DNA of 64,000 bases from Polyangiales bacterium (GTDB taxonomy: Bacteria; Myxococcota_A; Polyangia; Polyangiales; JADJQN01), in NCBI GenBank assembly GCA_964202905.1, contig CAXNJO010000004.1, positions 224,001 to 288,000 on the forward strand, written 5' to 3'. Positions 8,346 through 18,445 of the stretch are shown here, piece after piece. Under the pieces are notes generated by a model. That model did not search any database, was not told the origin of the DNA, and worked only from the letters and a program-made list of their open reading frames with translations. Both the position numbers and the translations under genes were made by a program. Each line of letters begins with the position of its first letter. Position 1 is the stretch's first letter.

Positions 8346-9533
8346 TCAGTCGAGCGCGAACGCGAACAGGCTGCCGCCGTTGCTCACGACGAAGCCGAGA
8401 TTCCCGGAGATCGCGCACTCGGCCGTGAAGCCATGGCCGGACTCGATGCGCGACAGTTCGGCGCCCGTCTCGAGGGACAACGCTAGGAAGCCGCCGAGAT
8501 TCTCGCCGACGAGCACCACGCCACGCTCGACCCGCGCCGTCCCGGGCGCCCCGCGGTGGATCTTGCGGCGCCACCGCGCGTGGCGCTCCCGCATGTCGAA
8601 CCGTACGACGCCGGCGTCGGCCGACGACAAGATCAGCGTGTCGTCTCCCGCCGCCACGATGGACACGACCCCGGTTTGCTCGGCTTCCTTCGCGAGGACG
8701 CTCCCGCTCCCCAATGCGAGTTCGTAGAGCCCCCCCGAGAACGACGCGATCCACAGCCGATCGCCGACGACGACGGGCGTCGTGTCGACGTCCACGAAGC
8801 GTGTCGCGGTCTCCTCCGACTCCTCGAGGTCGAGGGCCGTGTCACGTTCCCAAGTGACCTGGCCACTCGCCGCGTCGAGCGCCACGACGACGCCGTCCGT
8901 GAATCCGGCGAAGATCCGCCCCTCGTGCAGGACGAGCCCAGAGTGTCCCGTCAGCGAGAACCCCGACGGCGCGTCGCGTTGGTAGCGCCAGAGTTCCTCG
9001 CCACGCGCGCGCGACAGCGCAACGATCGCGTCGCTCGCCGTGATCACGAACACCGCGTCGGTCGAGAGCGCCGGCGTCGACCGGACCGGTCCCCCCACCG
9101 AACGCTGCCAACGTTCGGCCCCGTCCGCGCTCTGGAGCGCCGTGAGTACGCCCTCGGCGTTGCCGACGTAGAGTTCGCCGGCGGCGCCATCGATGGCGGG
9201 CTGGCTCTCGATCGCGCCGCCGCACTCGTGGCGCCAGAGCTTGCGGCCCGCGGGCGTGAGCGCCCAGAGGCTGCCGGCCGACGAGCCCACGTAGACGCGT
9301 CCGCGCAGGGGATCCAGCCCTGCGACCGCACGTTCGACGGGCTGGTACGAGCCGCCGAAGTCCGCCGTCAGGCGCTCGGTCCAGCGCACGTGCACCGGGC
9401 CCGGCTGGACGCGCACGCGCGGCGTACCACCGATCCAGTCGGCCTCGCCCACACCGAGACCAGCCCCGCAGCCGCTCGCCACGCCGAGCCCGAGGGCGGC
9501 CGCGAAGGCCGCGGCCGTGCGGGCGCGCTTCAC
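8346..9533 (-). CDS. bamB: BamB-like PQQ-repeat beta-propeller lipoprotein
   Basis: Lipobox VASGC; repeats VYVGSSAGSLWALTPAGRKLW, LYVGNAEGVLTAL..DGAERW, VVALDAASGQVTW; RFVDVDTTPVV; downstream of a yfgM-like gene. Confidence 0.8.
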   Translation of the reverse strand: MKRARTAAAFAAALGLGVASGCGAGLGVGEADWIGGTPRVRVQPGPVHVRWTERLTADFGGSYQPVERAVAGLDPLRGRVYVGSSAGSLWALTPAGRKLWRHECGGAIESQPAIDGAAGELYVGNAEGVLTALQSADGAERWQRSVGGPVRSTPALSTDAVFVITASDAIVALSRARGEELWRYQRDAPSGFSLTGHSGLVLHEGRIFAGFTDGVVVALDAASGQVTWERDTALDLEESEETATRFVDVDTTPVVVGDRLWIASFSGGLYELALGSGSVLAKEAEQTGVVSIVAAGDDTLILSSADAGVVRFDMRERHARWRRKIHRGAPGTARVERGVVLVGENLGGFLALSLETGAELSRIESGHGFTAECAISGNLGFVVSNGGSLFAFALD

Positions 9534-10660
9534 TCCGCCGCGCCCGAAGGCGCCGCGCCGCCCCGGCTTTTCTGCAGGTTCCGCAGGATCTCTTGGATCT
9601 GCTCGGGAGTCACGTTCGAGGGGCCGCCCTCGCCGCCGAGTTGGATCCCGCCGGGACCGAACATCGTGCCGCCGTTGAGCCCCTCGGTGGGACGCTGCAC
9701 GAGCGAAGAATCGAGCTCGGCGAGACGGAGTTCAGCCTGGGTGAGCACGTACGGCGACAGGTCCTCCGGGTCGCCGTCGTCGTTGGCGCGGAGCCGCTGG
9801 ACGAGTTCCTTGAGGAGATCCTTGGCGCGGCTATCGTCACCCGTGCGGAGGTGCATCCGCGCGAGGTGGTAGTCGGCGAGGTCCTTGTGGCCCCCCTCGC
9901 CCGTGCGCGCCAGGGACTGGAACTTCTCGATGGCCTTCCGCGGTTCGTTCTCGGCTTCGAAGCTGAACGCGATGCCCTCGAAGGCCCGGGCGGAGACGGA
10001 CGCGTTGCCGCTCCCCTCGCGGATCGCCTTCTCGTAGGCCGCGCGCGCCTCACCGGGCTTGCCGAGGTCTAGGAGCGCCCTCGCCTCGCCGAGCCGCGCC
10101 CACACCGCGGCGTCGGTACCCGCGTGTGCACTCGTCACCTTGCGGAAGAGGGACAGCGCCTTCTCCGCGCGGGCGGTGGTCGTCGGGAAGGTCTCCCGAT
10201 CGGGCGCGTTCTCCGGGGGCGCCGGCGCGTCGGCGGCACGGATCTCGGCGTTCGCGGCGTCGAGCGCTTCGCCGAGCGCCAGCGACGCCTGCTCGGCCGA
10301 GCGGTGGCCCCACGTGGACCAGCCGATGAATCCGGCGATCACGACGACCACGGCGGCGAGGACGCCGTACGCGATCTTGCGGTTTTCTTCGAACCAAGTC
10401 GCCATGGTCGCGGCGCGGGCCTCGGCCTGCTGTTCGACCTCGTCCGCCTTCGTCTTCCCGCGCTTCGCGGCCTTGGCCGCCGCTTTGGCCGCCCGCTGCG
10501 CGGCGAGGCGGGCGCCGGGACTGGGCACGTTGGCGCCCTTGCCCGCATCCGGCGCGGACTCTTCCGGCGCAGCGTCGCGCACCGTCGGCGCCTCGTCGGC
10601 GTTGGCCGGGCCCGAGGCCTCGTTCGCTGCGTCGTCCCGGTTCTCTTCGTCGTTCGACAA
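9530..10660 (-). CDS. YfgM-like membrane-anchored TPR protein
   Basis: WFEENRK plus a single TM helix, then TPR helices; the yfgM-bamB gene order is conserved; TTG start inferred. Confidence 0.75.
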   Translation of the reverse strand: MSNDEENRDDAANEASGPANADEAPTVRDAAPEESAPDAGKGANVPSPGARLAAQRAAKAAAKAAKRGKTKADEVEQQAEARAATMATWFEENRKIAYGVLAAVVVVIAGFIGWSTWGHRSAEQASLALGEALDAANAEIRAADAPAPPENAPDRETFPTTTARAEKALSLFRKVTSAHAGTDAAVWARLGEARALLDLGKPGEARAAYEKAIREGSGNASVSARAFEGIAFSFEAENEPRKAIEKFQSLARTGEGGHKDLADYHLARMHLRTGDDSRAKDLLKELVQRLRANDDGDPEDLSPYVLTQAELRLAELDSSLVQRPTEGLNGGTMFGPGGIQLGGEGGPSNVTPEQIQEILRNLQKSRGGAAPSGAAE

Positions 10661-10805
10661 GGCGGAATCTCCTGCACTTCTGGACACTTGCCAGCGAAAT
10701 GCGCGACGCCGAGCGCGCAAGGCGCCGCGCGGGGCGACCGACTATACCCGCGCCCCCTCGCGAGTCAACGCATGCGCGGCGCGGGCCGTGGTATGCCCGC
10801 CGACA

Positions 10806-11372
10806 ATGGTCCGTCGCGCCCCCGCGTCCTCACCGAGCCCGTCTCGCCTCGCCGCGCGCTTCGCCGGCGCGGTCGGTGGAGCGTGCGCCCTCGCCGTCGC
10901 CGTCCCCGCCGCTGCCTACGAAGACCAGCTGACGATCGAGGGCGGCGTGGGTTACGCGCACGCCTTCCGCTCCGACGTGCCATCCGGAGCCTCGTTCGGG
11001 CTTGCAGCATCGGTCGGCCTCGATGATGTGTGGACGATCAAGGCGTCCTTTGCGTACGGGGTTCACCCCGCAGGTCCGGCGCAGCACGTATTCGTCGGCG
11101 GAGCAGAGCTGATCTACGTCGTGGACGTGCTCGAGATCGTGCCGTACTTCGGGGCGGGGCTCGACGCGCTCGGCGCGGTGCGCGGCGCCGACCGCAGCCT
11201 CGACCTCGCCGCGCACCTGGTGTTCGGCGCCGACTACTTGTTGTCGCGCAGCGTCTTCGTCGGTGTGGAAGTCCGCCCGCACCTGCTGGTGACACAGCTC
11301 GCCGCAAACGACGAGCGCGCCCCGTTGTACGTCACAGCCCTCGCGCGTGTCGGACTCGTTTTCGACCTCTGA
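10806..11372 (+). CDS. Small outer-membrane beta-barrel protein
   Basis: Signal peptide ending AAA-Y; IVPYFGAGL, FGADYLLSRSVFVGVEVR; C-terminus VGLVFDL. Confidence 0.7.
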   Translation: MVRRAPASSPSPSRLAARFAGAVGGACALAVAVPAAAYEDQLTIEGGVGYAHAFRSDVPSGASFGLAASVGLDDVWTIKASFAYGVHPAGPAQHVFVGGAELIYVVDVLEIVPYFGAGLDALGAVRGADRSLDLAAHLVFGADYLLSRSVFVGVEVRPHLLVTQLAANDERAPLYVTALARVGLVFDL

Positions 11373-11499
11373 CGCGATCGCCGCGACAAGCTCGCTCGCG
11401 CACCCAGCACACGCGCCGCGAGGCTGCAACGCGGAGACGCCGCGCGCAGGGCCGACTCGAGCGCCAGCGCGCGCGGCGTGTCCCGGGTGGGTGACACGT

Positions 11500-12747
11500 T
11501 CAGGGGCAGGTCAGTCCGCCGACGTCCGCCTCGTCGCGCAGGCGCAGCGTCCACCGCCCGAAATTCGGCACCAGCACGCCCGTCAGCGTGGGCACGGTCG
11601 TCGAGCCCATCGCGAGGCTCGTGAAGTGGTCGCGCACGCAGCGCGTCGTGGGGAAGTTCGAGACGAGCACGTCGAGCTCGACGGTCGGCGCGGCCGCGAG
11701 GAAGGCCGAGTAGCGCGAGAACATCCCGTCCGCCGTCGCGCGGATCTGGACGTTCTCGACGGTGAGAAGTGCACCCTCGAGGGCGACCGAACGGGCGCCG
11801 GGGGCGCCACCCGCTGCCGCGACGTCGCCGAGCGCGACGACGGTGCCCGCGGGCGCGGTGCCAGGAGCTCCGCGCACGATCGTCGCGGTGCCGCCGAGGA
11901 AAATGTTGGACTGCTCGAAGTCCGTGCAGGCGCCGGGGGGCGCGCCCGCGGGGCCGGCGCAAAACTCGTTGTACGTCGCGTTGTCGATCGACGTGACGAC
12001 GTCGCCGGGCTCGAACGCGTCACTGATCTTGCCCACGGGCAGGTCGAAGCAGCTCATGCCCGCAGGCAGCGTGATCAGTTCCTGCACCTGGATGGCCGTG
12101 AAGTCGCCGCTCACCGCGGCGCCCACCCAGATCGCGAACCGGCACGACCCCGAGGACGGCATCGCCGAGCCCACGAGCACGCGCGAGGAGAGCGCGACCA
12201 TCCCCGACTGGTCAACGGAGACGCGCGTGCCCGGGGCCGGGTGCATCGCGTCGGCCCGATTCTGCAACTGCGCGATCGTGGACGTCGTGGCGGGCATGAC
12301 GTAGCAGGCCGTGCCCATCGGGCAGTCGGAGCGGAAATCGCAGCAGGCGAAGTCGTTGCAATCGAAGAAGCGATTGCCGTCGTTGTCGCAGCCGTCGCTG
12401 CACTGCGCGAGCGAGGTCTCTGGGCTCATGGTCGCGCACGGCGTGACCGGGCCGGCGTCCGGGCGCGGCGTACCGCAAGCGGTGCCGGCGGGGCAGTCCG
12501 AGCGGACGCTGCAACACGCAAAGTCGTCACAATCGACGAAGGCGTTGCCGTTGTTGTCGCAGCCATCGCTGCAGAGCGCGACGGTGTCCTCCGTCGGCGT
12601 CGTGGTGCACATCGTGCCGAAGTCGACCCGCGCGGCGTCCGTGGGGACGACGCCCGCGTCGGTGAAGCGAGGCTCGTCGCGGACACAGGCACCGAGCGTG
12701 AGCGCCGCGAAGAGCGCGATACGGAAAGACGAAGGAACTGACGACAT
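11500..12747 (-). CDS. Cys-repeat lipoprotein with putative C-terminal OB-fold-like domains
   Basis: LTLGAC lipobox; two CSDGCDNxGNxFxDCxDFACC repeats; TIAQLQ..., ALEGALLTVENV, LRLRDEADV. Confidence 0.7.
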   Translation of the reverse strand: MSSVPSSFRIALFAALTLGACVRDEPRFTDAGVVPTDAARVDFGTMCTTTPTEDTVALCSDGCDNNGNAFVDCDDFACCSVRSDCPAGTACGTPRPDAGPVTPCATMSPETSLAQCSDGCDNDGNRFFDCNDFACCDFRSDCPMGTACYVMPATTSTIAQLQNRADAMHPAPGTRVSVDQSGMVALSSRVLVGSAMPSSGSCRFAIWVGAAVSGDFTAIQVQELITLPAGMSCFDLPVGKISDAFEPGDVVTSIDNATYNEFCAGPAGAPPGACTDFEQSNIFLGGTATIVRGAPGTAPAGTVVALGDVAAAGGAPGARSVALEGALLTVENVQIRATADGMFSRYSAFLAAAPTVELDVLVSNFPTTRCVRDHFTSLAMGSTTVPTLTGVLVPNFGRWTLRLRDEADVGGLTCP

Positions 12748-12852
12748 GGAAGTTCTCCCCGGGCCGCGGGCCCGCCGGCCGGGAATAGCCGTGGCGCGTC
12801 GGGCACGCAAGCAGCGCCGGGGCCACGTTAGCGTGACGGGGGGCCGGGAGGG

Positions 12853-13239
12853 TCAACGCGCGGGGGGCACGACGGCACGGACGTACGGGGCGATCCGCGC
12901 GAGCGTGCGCGGGCCGATTCCCCGGACTCGGGCGAGCTCGGCCACCGAACGGAAAGGACCGCTCACCGCGCGCTCGGCGACGATGCGAGCCGCGAGCGCC
13001 GGACCGATCCACGGCAGCAGTTCCAACTCGGCCGCGGACGCCGCGTTCAACTCGAGGCGCTCCCCGCGCCGCAGCGCTGCGGCCCCTGCACTCTCGTGGA
13101 TGACCTCCACCGGGGCGCGCACCACGTCGGGCGTTGGGCCCACGCGTGTCGCAAGCCCCACGAGCGCGAGCATCGCGCCCATCGCGCCCGCGGCCGCGCG
13201 CGGCGCCGACCTCCGCCCTGCCCTGGCGTCCCGCAGCAC
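12853..13239 (-). CDS. comEA: ComEA-family helix-hairpin-helix DNA-binding protein
   Basis: LELNAASAAELELLPWIGPALAARIVAERAVSGPFRSVAELARVRGIGPRTL; start uncertain. Confidence 0.85.
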   Translation of the reverse strand: MLRDARAGRRSAPRAAAGAMGAMLALVGLATRVGPTPDVVRAPVEVIHESAGAAALRRGERLELNAASAAELELLPWIGPALAARIVAERAVSGPFRSVAELARVRGIGPRTLARIAPYVRAVVPPAR

Positions 13240-13311
13240 GCGCCCGTCATCGCGCGGCAGCCAGCGGGGTTTCCGCCATCCCGCGCGGGCGTCCCCCGAG
13301 GGCGCGCGCGA

Positions 13312-14544
13312 TCAGGGCGTGGAAGGCGCCGCAGCACCGAGGCCGAAGCCGTCGTGCAGCACGCGCACCGCGAGCTCGTGGTACTTCGCGGCGATGAGGC
13401 AGGAGACCTTGATCTCGCTCGTCGAGATCGCCTCGATGTTGATGCCCTCGCTCGCGAGCAGACGGAACATCCGTGACGCCACGCCCGCGTGGCTGCGCAT
13501 GCCGAGCCCGACGATGCTGACCTTCGCGATCTGATCGTCGGAGATCACCTCGCGCGCGCCGATGTCCTGCGCGATGCGCGCGGCGATCTCGCACGCCTTC
13601 AGCGCGTCCGTCTTCGTCACCGTGAAGGTGAGGTCCGTCGTGCGCTCGGCCGAGACGTTCTGGATGATCATGTCGACGCTGATGTTCGCGTCGGCGAGCG
13701 GCTCGAACACGCGCGCGACGACACCGGGGACGTCCGGGACGTGTCGGATCGTGACCTTCGTCTCGTTGCGGTCGCTCGTCACGCCCGCGACGACGACGGC
13801 TTCGAAGGACTTGTCCTCGCCGACGACCCACGTCCCCGGCAGATCGTTGAAACTCGAGCGCACGTGCACCGGGACCCCGTACTTCATCGCGACCTCCACA
13901 CTGCGGATCTGCAAGACCTTGGCGCCGAGCGACGCGAGTTCGAGCATCTCCTCGTAGCTGATGCGGTCGACTTTGCGGGCGCTCGGACAGACGTTCGGGT
14001 CCGCAGTGTAGACCCCATCGACGTCCGTGTAGATCTCGCACGCGTCGGCCTTGATCGCGGCGGCGATCGCGACCGCCGTCGTGTCGGACCCGCCGCGCCC
14101 GAGCGTCGTGATGCTGCCATCGTCGTCGATGCCCTGAAAACCGGCGATCACTGCGACCTGCCCCTGCTCGAGCGTCTTGGTCAGCGTGCTCGCGTCAATG
14201 GCCTTGATGCGTGCCTTCGTGAACGCGCTGTCGGTGAGGATGCGGACCTGATGGCCGAGCAGCGATCGCGCCGGAACACCCAGGTCGGAGAGCGCGATCG
14301 CGAGCAGCGCGCTCGTGACCTGCTCGCCCGTCGCCGCGAGCGCGTCGAGTTCGCGCTCGATCGGACGCGCAGCCATCTCCCGCCCGAGGCCGAGCAGACG
14401 GTTGGTCTCCCCGCTCATCGCGGAGACGACGACGGCGACGGAGTGGCCCGCGGCGCGCGCGGCGGCGACCCGGCGCGCGACGGTGCGGAGTCGTTCGGGG
14501 TTCGCGACGCTCGTGCCGCCGAACTTCTGGACGATGAGGCTCAT
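13312..14544 (-). CDS. lysC: Aspartate kinase
   Basis: [39 protein letters not shown], two ACT domains, ISTSEIKVS. Confidence 0.97.
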   Translation of the reverse strand: MSLIVQKFGGTSVANPERLRTVARRVAAARAAGHSVAVVVSAMSGETNRLLGLGREMAARPIERELDALAATGEQVTSALLAIALSDLGVPARSLLGHQVRILTDSAFTKARIKAIDASTLTKTLEQGQVAVIAGFQGIDDDGSITTLGRGGSDTTAVAIAAAIKADACEIYTDVDGVYTADPNVCPSARKVDRISYEEMLELASLGAKVLQIRSVEVAMKYGVPVHVRSSFNDLPGTWVVGEDKSFEAVVVAGVTSDRNETKVTIRHVPDVPGVVARVFEPLADANISVDMIIQNVSAERTTDLTFTVTKTDALKACEIAARIAQDIGAREVISDDQIAKVSIVGLGMRSHAGVASRMFRLLASEGINIEAISTSEIKVSCLIAAKYHELAVRVLHDGFGLGAAAPSTP

Positions 14545-14594
14545 GGCGTGCGGGGTTTGGGGGACGGGAGGGGCCGAATCAAGAGAGAAGCGCG

Positions 14595-15107
14595 TCAGGG
14601 GCGCTCGGTGCGCTCGCGCGGCGCAGGATCTGCCGGTGCCTCGGCATCCGTGTCCGGCGACGACGGCTCCGGGGCCGCGGGCGAGCGGTTCACGGGGCGT
14701 CGCTCGCTCGGGAGCACCGAGGGCGGGGCCGGCGTCGGTTCGCCGAAGTCGTCGACGAGTTTGCGCGCGAGACGGTCGAGAATCATTCGCTCGACGTAGC
14801 TCGGCATCGCGGGGATCTGGACGACCACTTTGACTCCGTCGCGCCCTTCAACGCGCGTCGGAACGAGCTCGACCGAGCCTGGGTGCCGGCGCGTGCCGTC
14901 GACGTACTCGAACGTGAAGTAACCGACCTCGGCGTCGCGATCACCGAGCGGGCACCCGAGATCGATTCGAACGAGCCGGAGGCTCGTGTTCCAGACCTTG
15001 TCGCGCGGATACGCGTATTCGTTGGTCGTTCGCGCCGCGGCCGTGTCGACCGGGACGAGGAGCGAGAGCGCGACCAGGAGCGTCGCAGAGACCAGACGGA
15101 GCCGCAT
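14595..15107 (-). CDS. Secreted hypothetical protein
   Basis: Signal peptide [17 protein letters not shown]; globular core ([29 protein letters not shown]); Pro-rich tail. Confidence 0.7.
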   Translation of the reverse strand: MRLRLVSATLLVALSLLVPVDTAAARTTNEYAYPRDKVWNTSLRLVRIDLGCPLGDRDAEVGYFTFEYVDGTRRHPGSVELVPTRVEGRDGVKVVVQIPAMPSYVERMILDRLARKLVDDFGEPTPAPPSVLPSERRPVNRSPAAPEPSSPDTDAEAPADPAPRERTERP

Positions 15108-15172
15108 GTTTCCGAAGCTAGTCGAGTGCCCGGCGACGGACCAAGTTCCTGCGCGACGCTCGACACCGCGTC

Positions 15173-16231
15173 TCAGCGCGTCGACATCAGGTCGCCAAAG
15201 CGGATCTTCATCGCGTAGAGCGGAACGATGCCCGCGACGCAGATGAACACGGCCTGGATGCCGTAGAGCAAGAAGATGTAGACAGCCCCGTGCGTCGCGA
15301 CGACGTCCTCCGGGAAGTAGAGTTTGAGGGCCGCGACCACGGCGAGTTGGAAATTGCCGAAGAGTCCGGGGCCCGCCGGGAGGAGGATCCCGATGGCGAG
15401 GATGCCCATGATTGCGACGGCGTGTCCGAAGCCCATCGGCAGTCCGCATCCCCACGCGAGCAGCCACATCCCGAGCGCGTTCAGGGACCAGTAGACGAGC
15501 GTCTCGCCGAGGAACGCAGCGCCGAGGCGCGCGTCGCCGATCGAGCGGATCCCCTCGGCGACACCGTCGAGTTTCGCCGCGAGCACCGACGCGAAGCGCT
15601 TCGAGACGAGGCCGACCGTCCGGGCGACGAGAGCCGTCGCGAGCTTGCGCTGCCAGAGGAAACACGCGAGCCCGACGAGCGCGCCCGTGAAGACCGTGAG
15701 CGCGAGCATCCCGTATGCGGGCACGTGCCGCGCGAGCTCGTCGCGGGTGTCGAGGTGCGGCAGCGCGAACACGGCGTAGGCGACGCACAAGCTGGTCACG
15801 AGCCCGTCGAGCACGCGCTCCACCGCGATCGTGCCGAAGCCGACGCTGATCGGGATTCCCTCGCGCATCTTGCTGAGCGCCGGCCGAGCGAGCTCGCCGA
15901 GCCGTAGCGGCATCACGAAGATCGCGAAGAAACCGATCCAGTTGAGGCCGATCACCTCGCGGAGCGGGACGGGCTTGATCGGGGCGACGAGGAAACGCCA
16001 CCGGCTCGCGCGCACCCACGTGGTCGCGAAGAGCACGACGACGTAGGCGGGGACCGTCCACCAGACCACGCCCGCGAAGGCCGAGGCAGGCGGAACGAGC
16101 GGGACGCCCCCGCGCGCGACGAGCCAAGCGAAGAGTGCGCCGAGCACGAGCGAGACGAGGAGTTTCGGCAGCACACGCCGCGCAAGCGACGGCCCGGGGG
16201 GCGGGCCTTCGGACGTGGTGGCGTCGATCAC
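15173..16231 (-). CDS. Lysylphosphatidylglycerol synthase TM-domain (flippase-like, UPF0104) protein
   Basis: RASRWRFLV, MPLRLGELARP, TIAVERVLDG, LPAGPGLFGNF; multiple TM helices. Confidence 0.85.
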   Translation of the reverse strand: MIDATTSEGPPPGPSLARRVLPKLLVSLVLGALFAWLVARGGVPLVPPASAFAGVVWWTVPAYVVVLFATTWVRASRWRFLVAPIKPVPLREVIGLNWIGFFAIFVMPLRLGELARPALSKMREGIPISVGFGTIAVERVLDGLVTSLCVAYAVFALPHLDTRDELARHVPAYGMLALTVFTGALVGLACFLWQRKLATALVARTVGLVSKRFASVLAAKLDGVAEGIRSIGDARLGAAFLGETLVYWSLNALGMWLLAWGCGLPMGFGHAVAIMGILAIGILLPAGPGLFGNFQLAVVAALKLYFPEDVVATHGAVYIFLLYGIQAVFICVAGIVPLYAMKIRFGDLMSTR

Positions 16232-16959
16232 GCGTCGATGCTCCCGGCGAGGATGCTGGCGGGGCCGTCGACCAGCAGTTCGCGCGCCTCGTCCTCGCCG
16301 ACGATCCGCTCGAGACGCGCGATCGCGTCGGCCACGAGCGCGACGTCCTGCGGCTTGTGCGAGTCGCTGCAGGCCGCGTAGTAGGCGCCCTCGTCGAGCA
16401 TCCGCTCAGCCGCACGCTTGGGGGCGCTCCCGTAGCGGCCGGTCAGCGACATGAGGTCGAGCAGCGCGATCGCGCCCATGTCGAGCAGGCGCTCGATGGG
16501 CTGGGTGCGGGCGAAGAGCGGCGCGTAGCGCTCGGGGTGCGCGATGACCGGCGTGACGCCCTTGCGCTGCATGGCGAAGAAGCGATCCTCGACGCGCGGG
16601 AGATGCTCCGGCGGGAACTCGATGAGCGCCGCGAAACCGCCCGGGTACGGCAGAATCTCACCCGCGACGAAGAGCCCCCAGAACACGTCGTCGCACCAAT
16701 GCTCGGCGGCGAGCCCGGTGCGGGGAAGCGTGCCCGCTGCCGCGCGGAACTCGGGCGACGCGAGCAAGGTGTCGTAGGCGCCTCGGAGCCCCGGCGCGCG
16801 GTTCTCGAACATGGCTGTCCGGATGTGGGGCGTCGCGACGACGTGATCGAAGCCGACGCGGTGCAGCCCGGCGAGCAGCGCGATCCCGTCGGCGACGGTA
16901 CGGACACCGTCGTCGATCGCCGGCAGGTAGTGGCAGTGCAAGTCGATGTAGCCCTTCAC
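16228..16959 (-). CDS. PHP-family tyrosine phosphatase (CpsB/CapC/YwqE type)
   Basis: IDLHCHYLPAIDDG, VVATPH, PVIAHPERY, CSDSH. Confidence 0.9.
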   Translation of the reverse strand: MKGYIDLHCHYLPAIDDGVRTVADGIALLAGLHRVGFDHVVATPHIRTAMFENRAPGLRGAYDTLLASPEFRAAAGTLPRTGLAAEHWCDDVFWGLFVAGEILPYPGGFAALIEFPPEHLPRVEDRFFAMQRKGVTPVIAHPERYAPLFARTQPIERLLDMGAIALLDLMSLTGRYGSAPKRAAERMLDEGAYYAACSDSHKPQDVALVADAIARLERIVGEDEARELLVDGPASILAGSIDA

Positions 16960-18371
16960 GCGCCACCCTTCCCAGCGCCGTCGCGGGCCTTGCCCTGCTC
17001 TCCCGGGCCGATCTCGTCGATCAACGCGAGGAGCGCGTCGTGGTCGTTGAGCGTGGGCTCCTCGAGCACGCGCTCGAGGATCTGCTCGAGCACCTCGCCG
17101 ACGCGCCGGCTCGGGCGGATCGCGAGGCGTGCCATCACGTCCGCGCCGCTGACGGCGAGGTCGCGCGTCGAGAGGGCGCTCCCCGACGCGACGACGGCCT
17201 CGATTCGCCGCTGCAACTCCACCAATCCCTCGAGCTCGGCCTCGACCGACCGGCCCTTGCCGAGGGCATCCGCCCGCGCGAGACGAATCAGGTCCCCGAC
17301 GCGATCCGGGCCGACGCGCTTCAGGAACCGGCGCACGGCGGCGTCGCTCCACGCGTCCGAATAGCAGACGAGATGGTGTCGGATCAGGTGCACGACGCGG
17401 TCGCGCTCGTCGTTGCTGAAGCGGAACGCGCGGAGCCAGGCGTCGGCCATGTCTGCGCCGACGGTCTCGTGGTTGTAGAAGGTGTAGTCCTGCGTCTTCT
17501 CGCCGAGCGCGCGCGTCCGCGGCTTGCCGACGTCGTGCAGCAGGCCGGCGAGGCGGAGCACGGGGTCGCCGTCGAGCGCGTCGAGCGTCTCGAGGGAGTG
17601 GCCCCAGACGTCGAACGCGTGCCACTTGTTCTGCACGCAGCCGATCTGCGCGGCGAGCTCCGGGTACGTGACCCCGAGGATCCCCGTCGACGCCATCACG
17701 CGGAAGGCACGCGAGGGCCGCCGCGCCTTCATCGTCTTCAGCCACTCGTCGCGGACGCGCTCCGGAGAGACCTTACGGAAGGTGTCGAGCGTCGCGGGGA
17801 TCGCCGCCGCCGTCTCCTCGTCGAGTTCGAACTCGAGCGTCGCGACGAAGCGCGCGGCGCGCAGCACGCGGAGTCCGTCCTCCGCGAAACGCTCGCGCGC
17901 GCTGCCCACGGCGCGCAGCACCCGGCGGCCCATGTCCTCGCGCCCGCCGAAGGGATCGACGAGGCGATCGTCGAGCGGATCGTAGGCGATCGCGTTCACG
18001 GTGAAGTCGCGGCGCGCGAGGTCCTGCTCGATGTCGTCGACGAAGTGGACGGAGTCGGGGCGGCGGCCGTCGGTGTACGCCCCCTCCCCGCGCAGCGTCG
18101 TCACCTCGTAGTGCGCGCCGTCGAGCAGCACCGTGACCGTGCCGTGCTCGATGCCGGTGGGGATGACGCGCTTGAACGTGCGCTGCACCTGCTCGGGCAG
18201 GGCCGACGTGCACACGTCCCAATCGCTCACGTTGCGGCCCGCGAGGAGGTCACGCAGGCAACCTCCGACGATCCATGCGCGGTGTCCCGCGTCACGGAGG
18301 CGGCGGCAGAGCGCGATCACGGGCTGCGGGATGCGCCCCGCGGGAATGTCGACGTGCGTCACGGGGATCAC
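16956..18371 (-). CDS. cca: CCA tRNA nucleotidyltransferase with HD domain
   Basis: VGGCLRDLL..DWDV, EVTTLRGEGAYTDGRRP, DLARRDFTVNA, EDGLRVLRAARF, LLHDVGKP. Confidence 0.9.
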   Translation of the reverse strand: MIPVTHVDIPAGRIPQPVIALCRRLRDAGHRAWIVGGCLRDLLAGRNVSDWDVCTSALPEQVQRTFKRVIPTGIEHGTVTVLLDGAHYEVTTLRGEGAYTDGRRPDSVHFVDDIEQDLARRDFTVNAIAYDPLDDRLVDPFGGREDMGRRVLRAVGSARERFAEDGLRVLRAARFVATLEFELDEETAAAIPATLDTFRKVSPERVRDEWLKTMKARRPSRAFRVMASTGILGVTYPELAAQIGCVQNKWHAFDVWGHSLETLDALDGDPVLRLAGLLHDVGKPRTRALGEKTQDYTFYNHETVGADMADAWLRAFRFSNDERDRVVHLIRHHLVCYSDAWSDAAVRRFLKRVGPDRVGDLIRLARADALGKGRSVEAELEGLVELQRRIEAVVASGSALSTRDLAVSGADVMARLAIRPSRRVGEVLEQILERVLEEPTLNDHDALLALIDEIGPGEQGKARDGAGKGGA

Positions 18372-18445
18372 CGTCAGCGGGAGGGAGGGCGCGATGGGGT
18401 ACTACGAGCGCCGCGCGCAGGCCAGCGGGCGCGCCCGCTGCGCGT

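Noticed and set aside
16956..18371. Split CC-adding or A-adding enzyme, or poly(A) polymerase
   Set aside because: The flexible loop (RGEGAYTDGRRPDSV) is full length as in complete CCA enzymes, and no poly(A) polymerase signature is seen.
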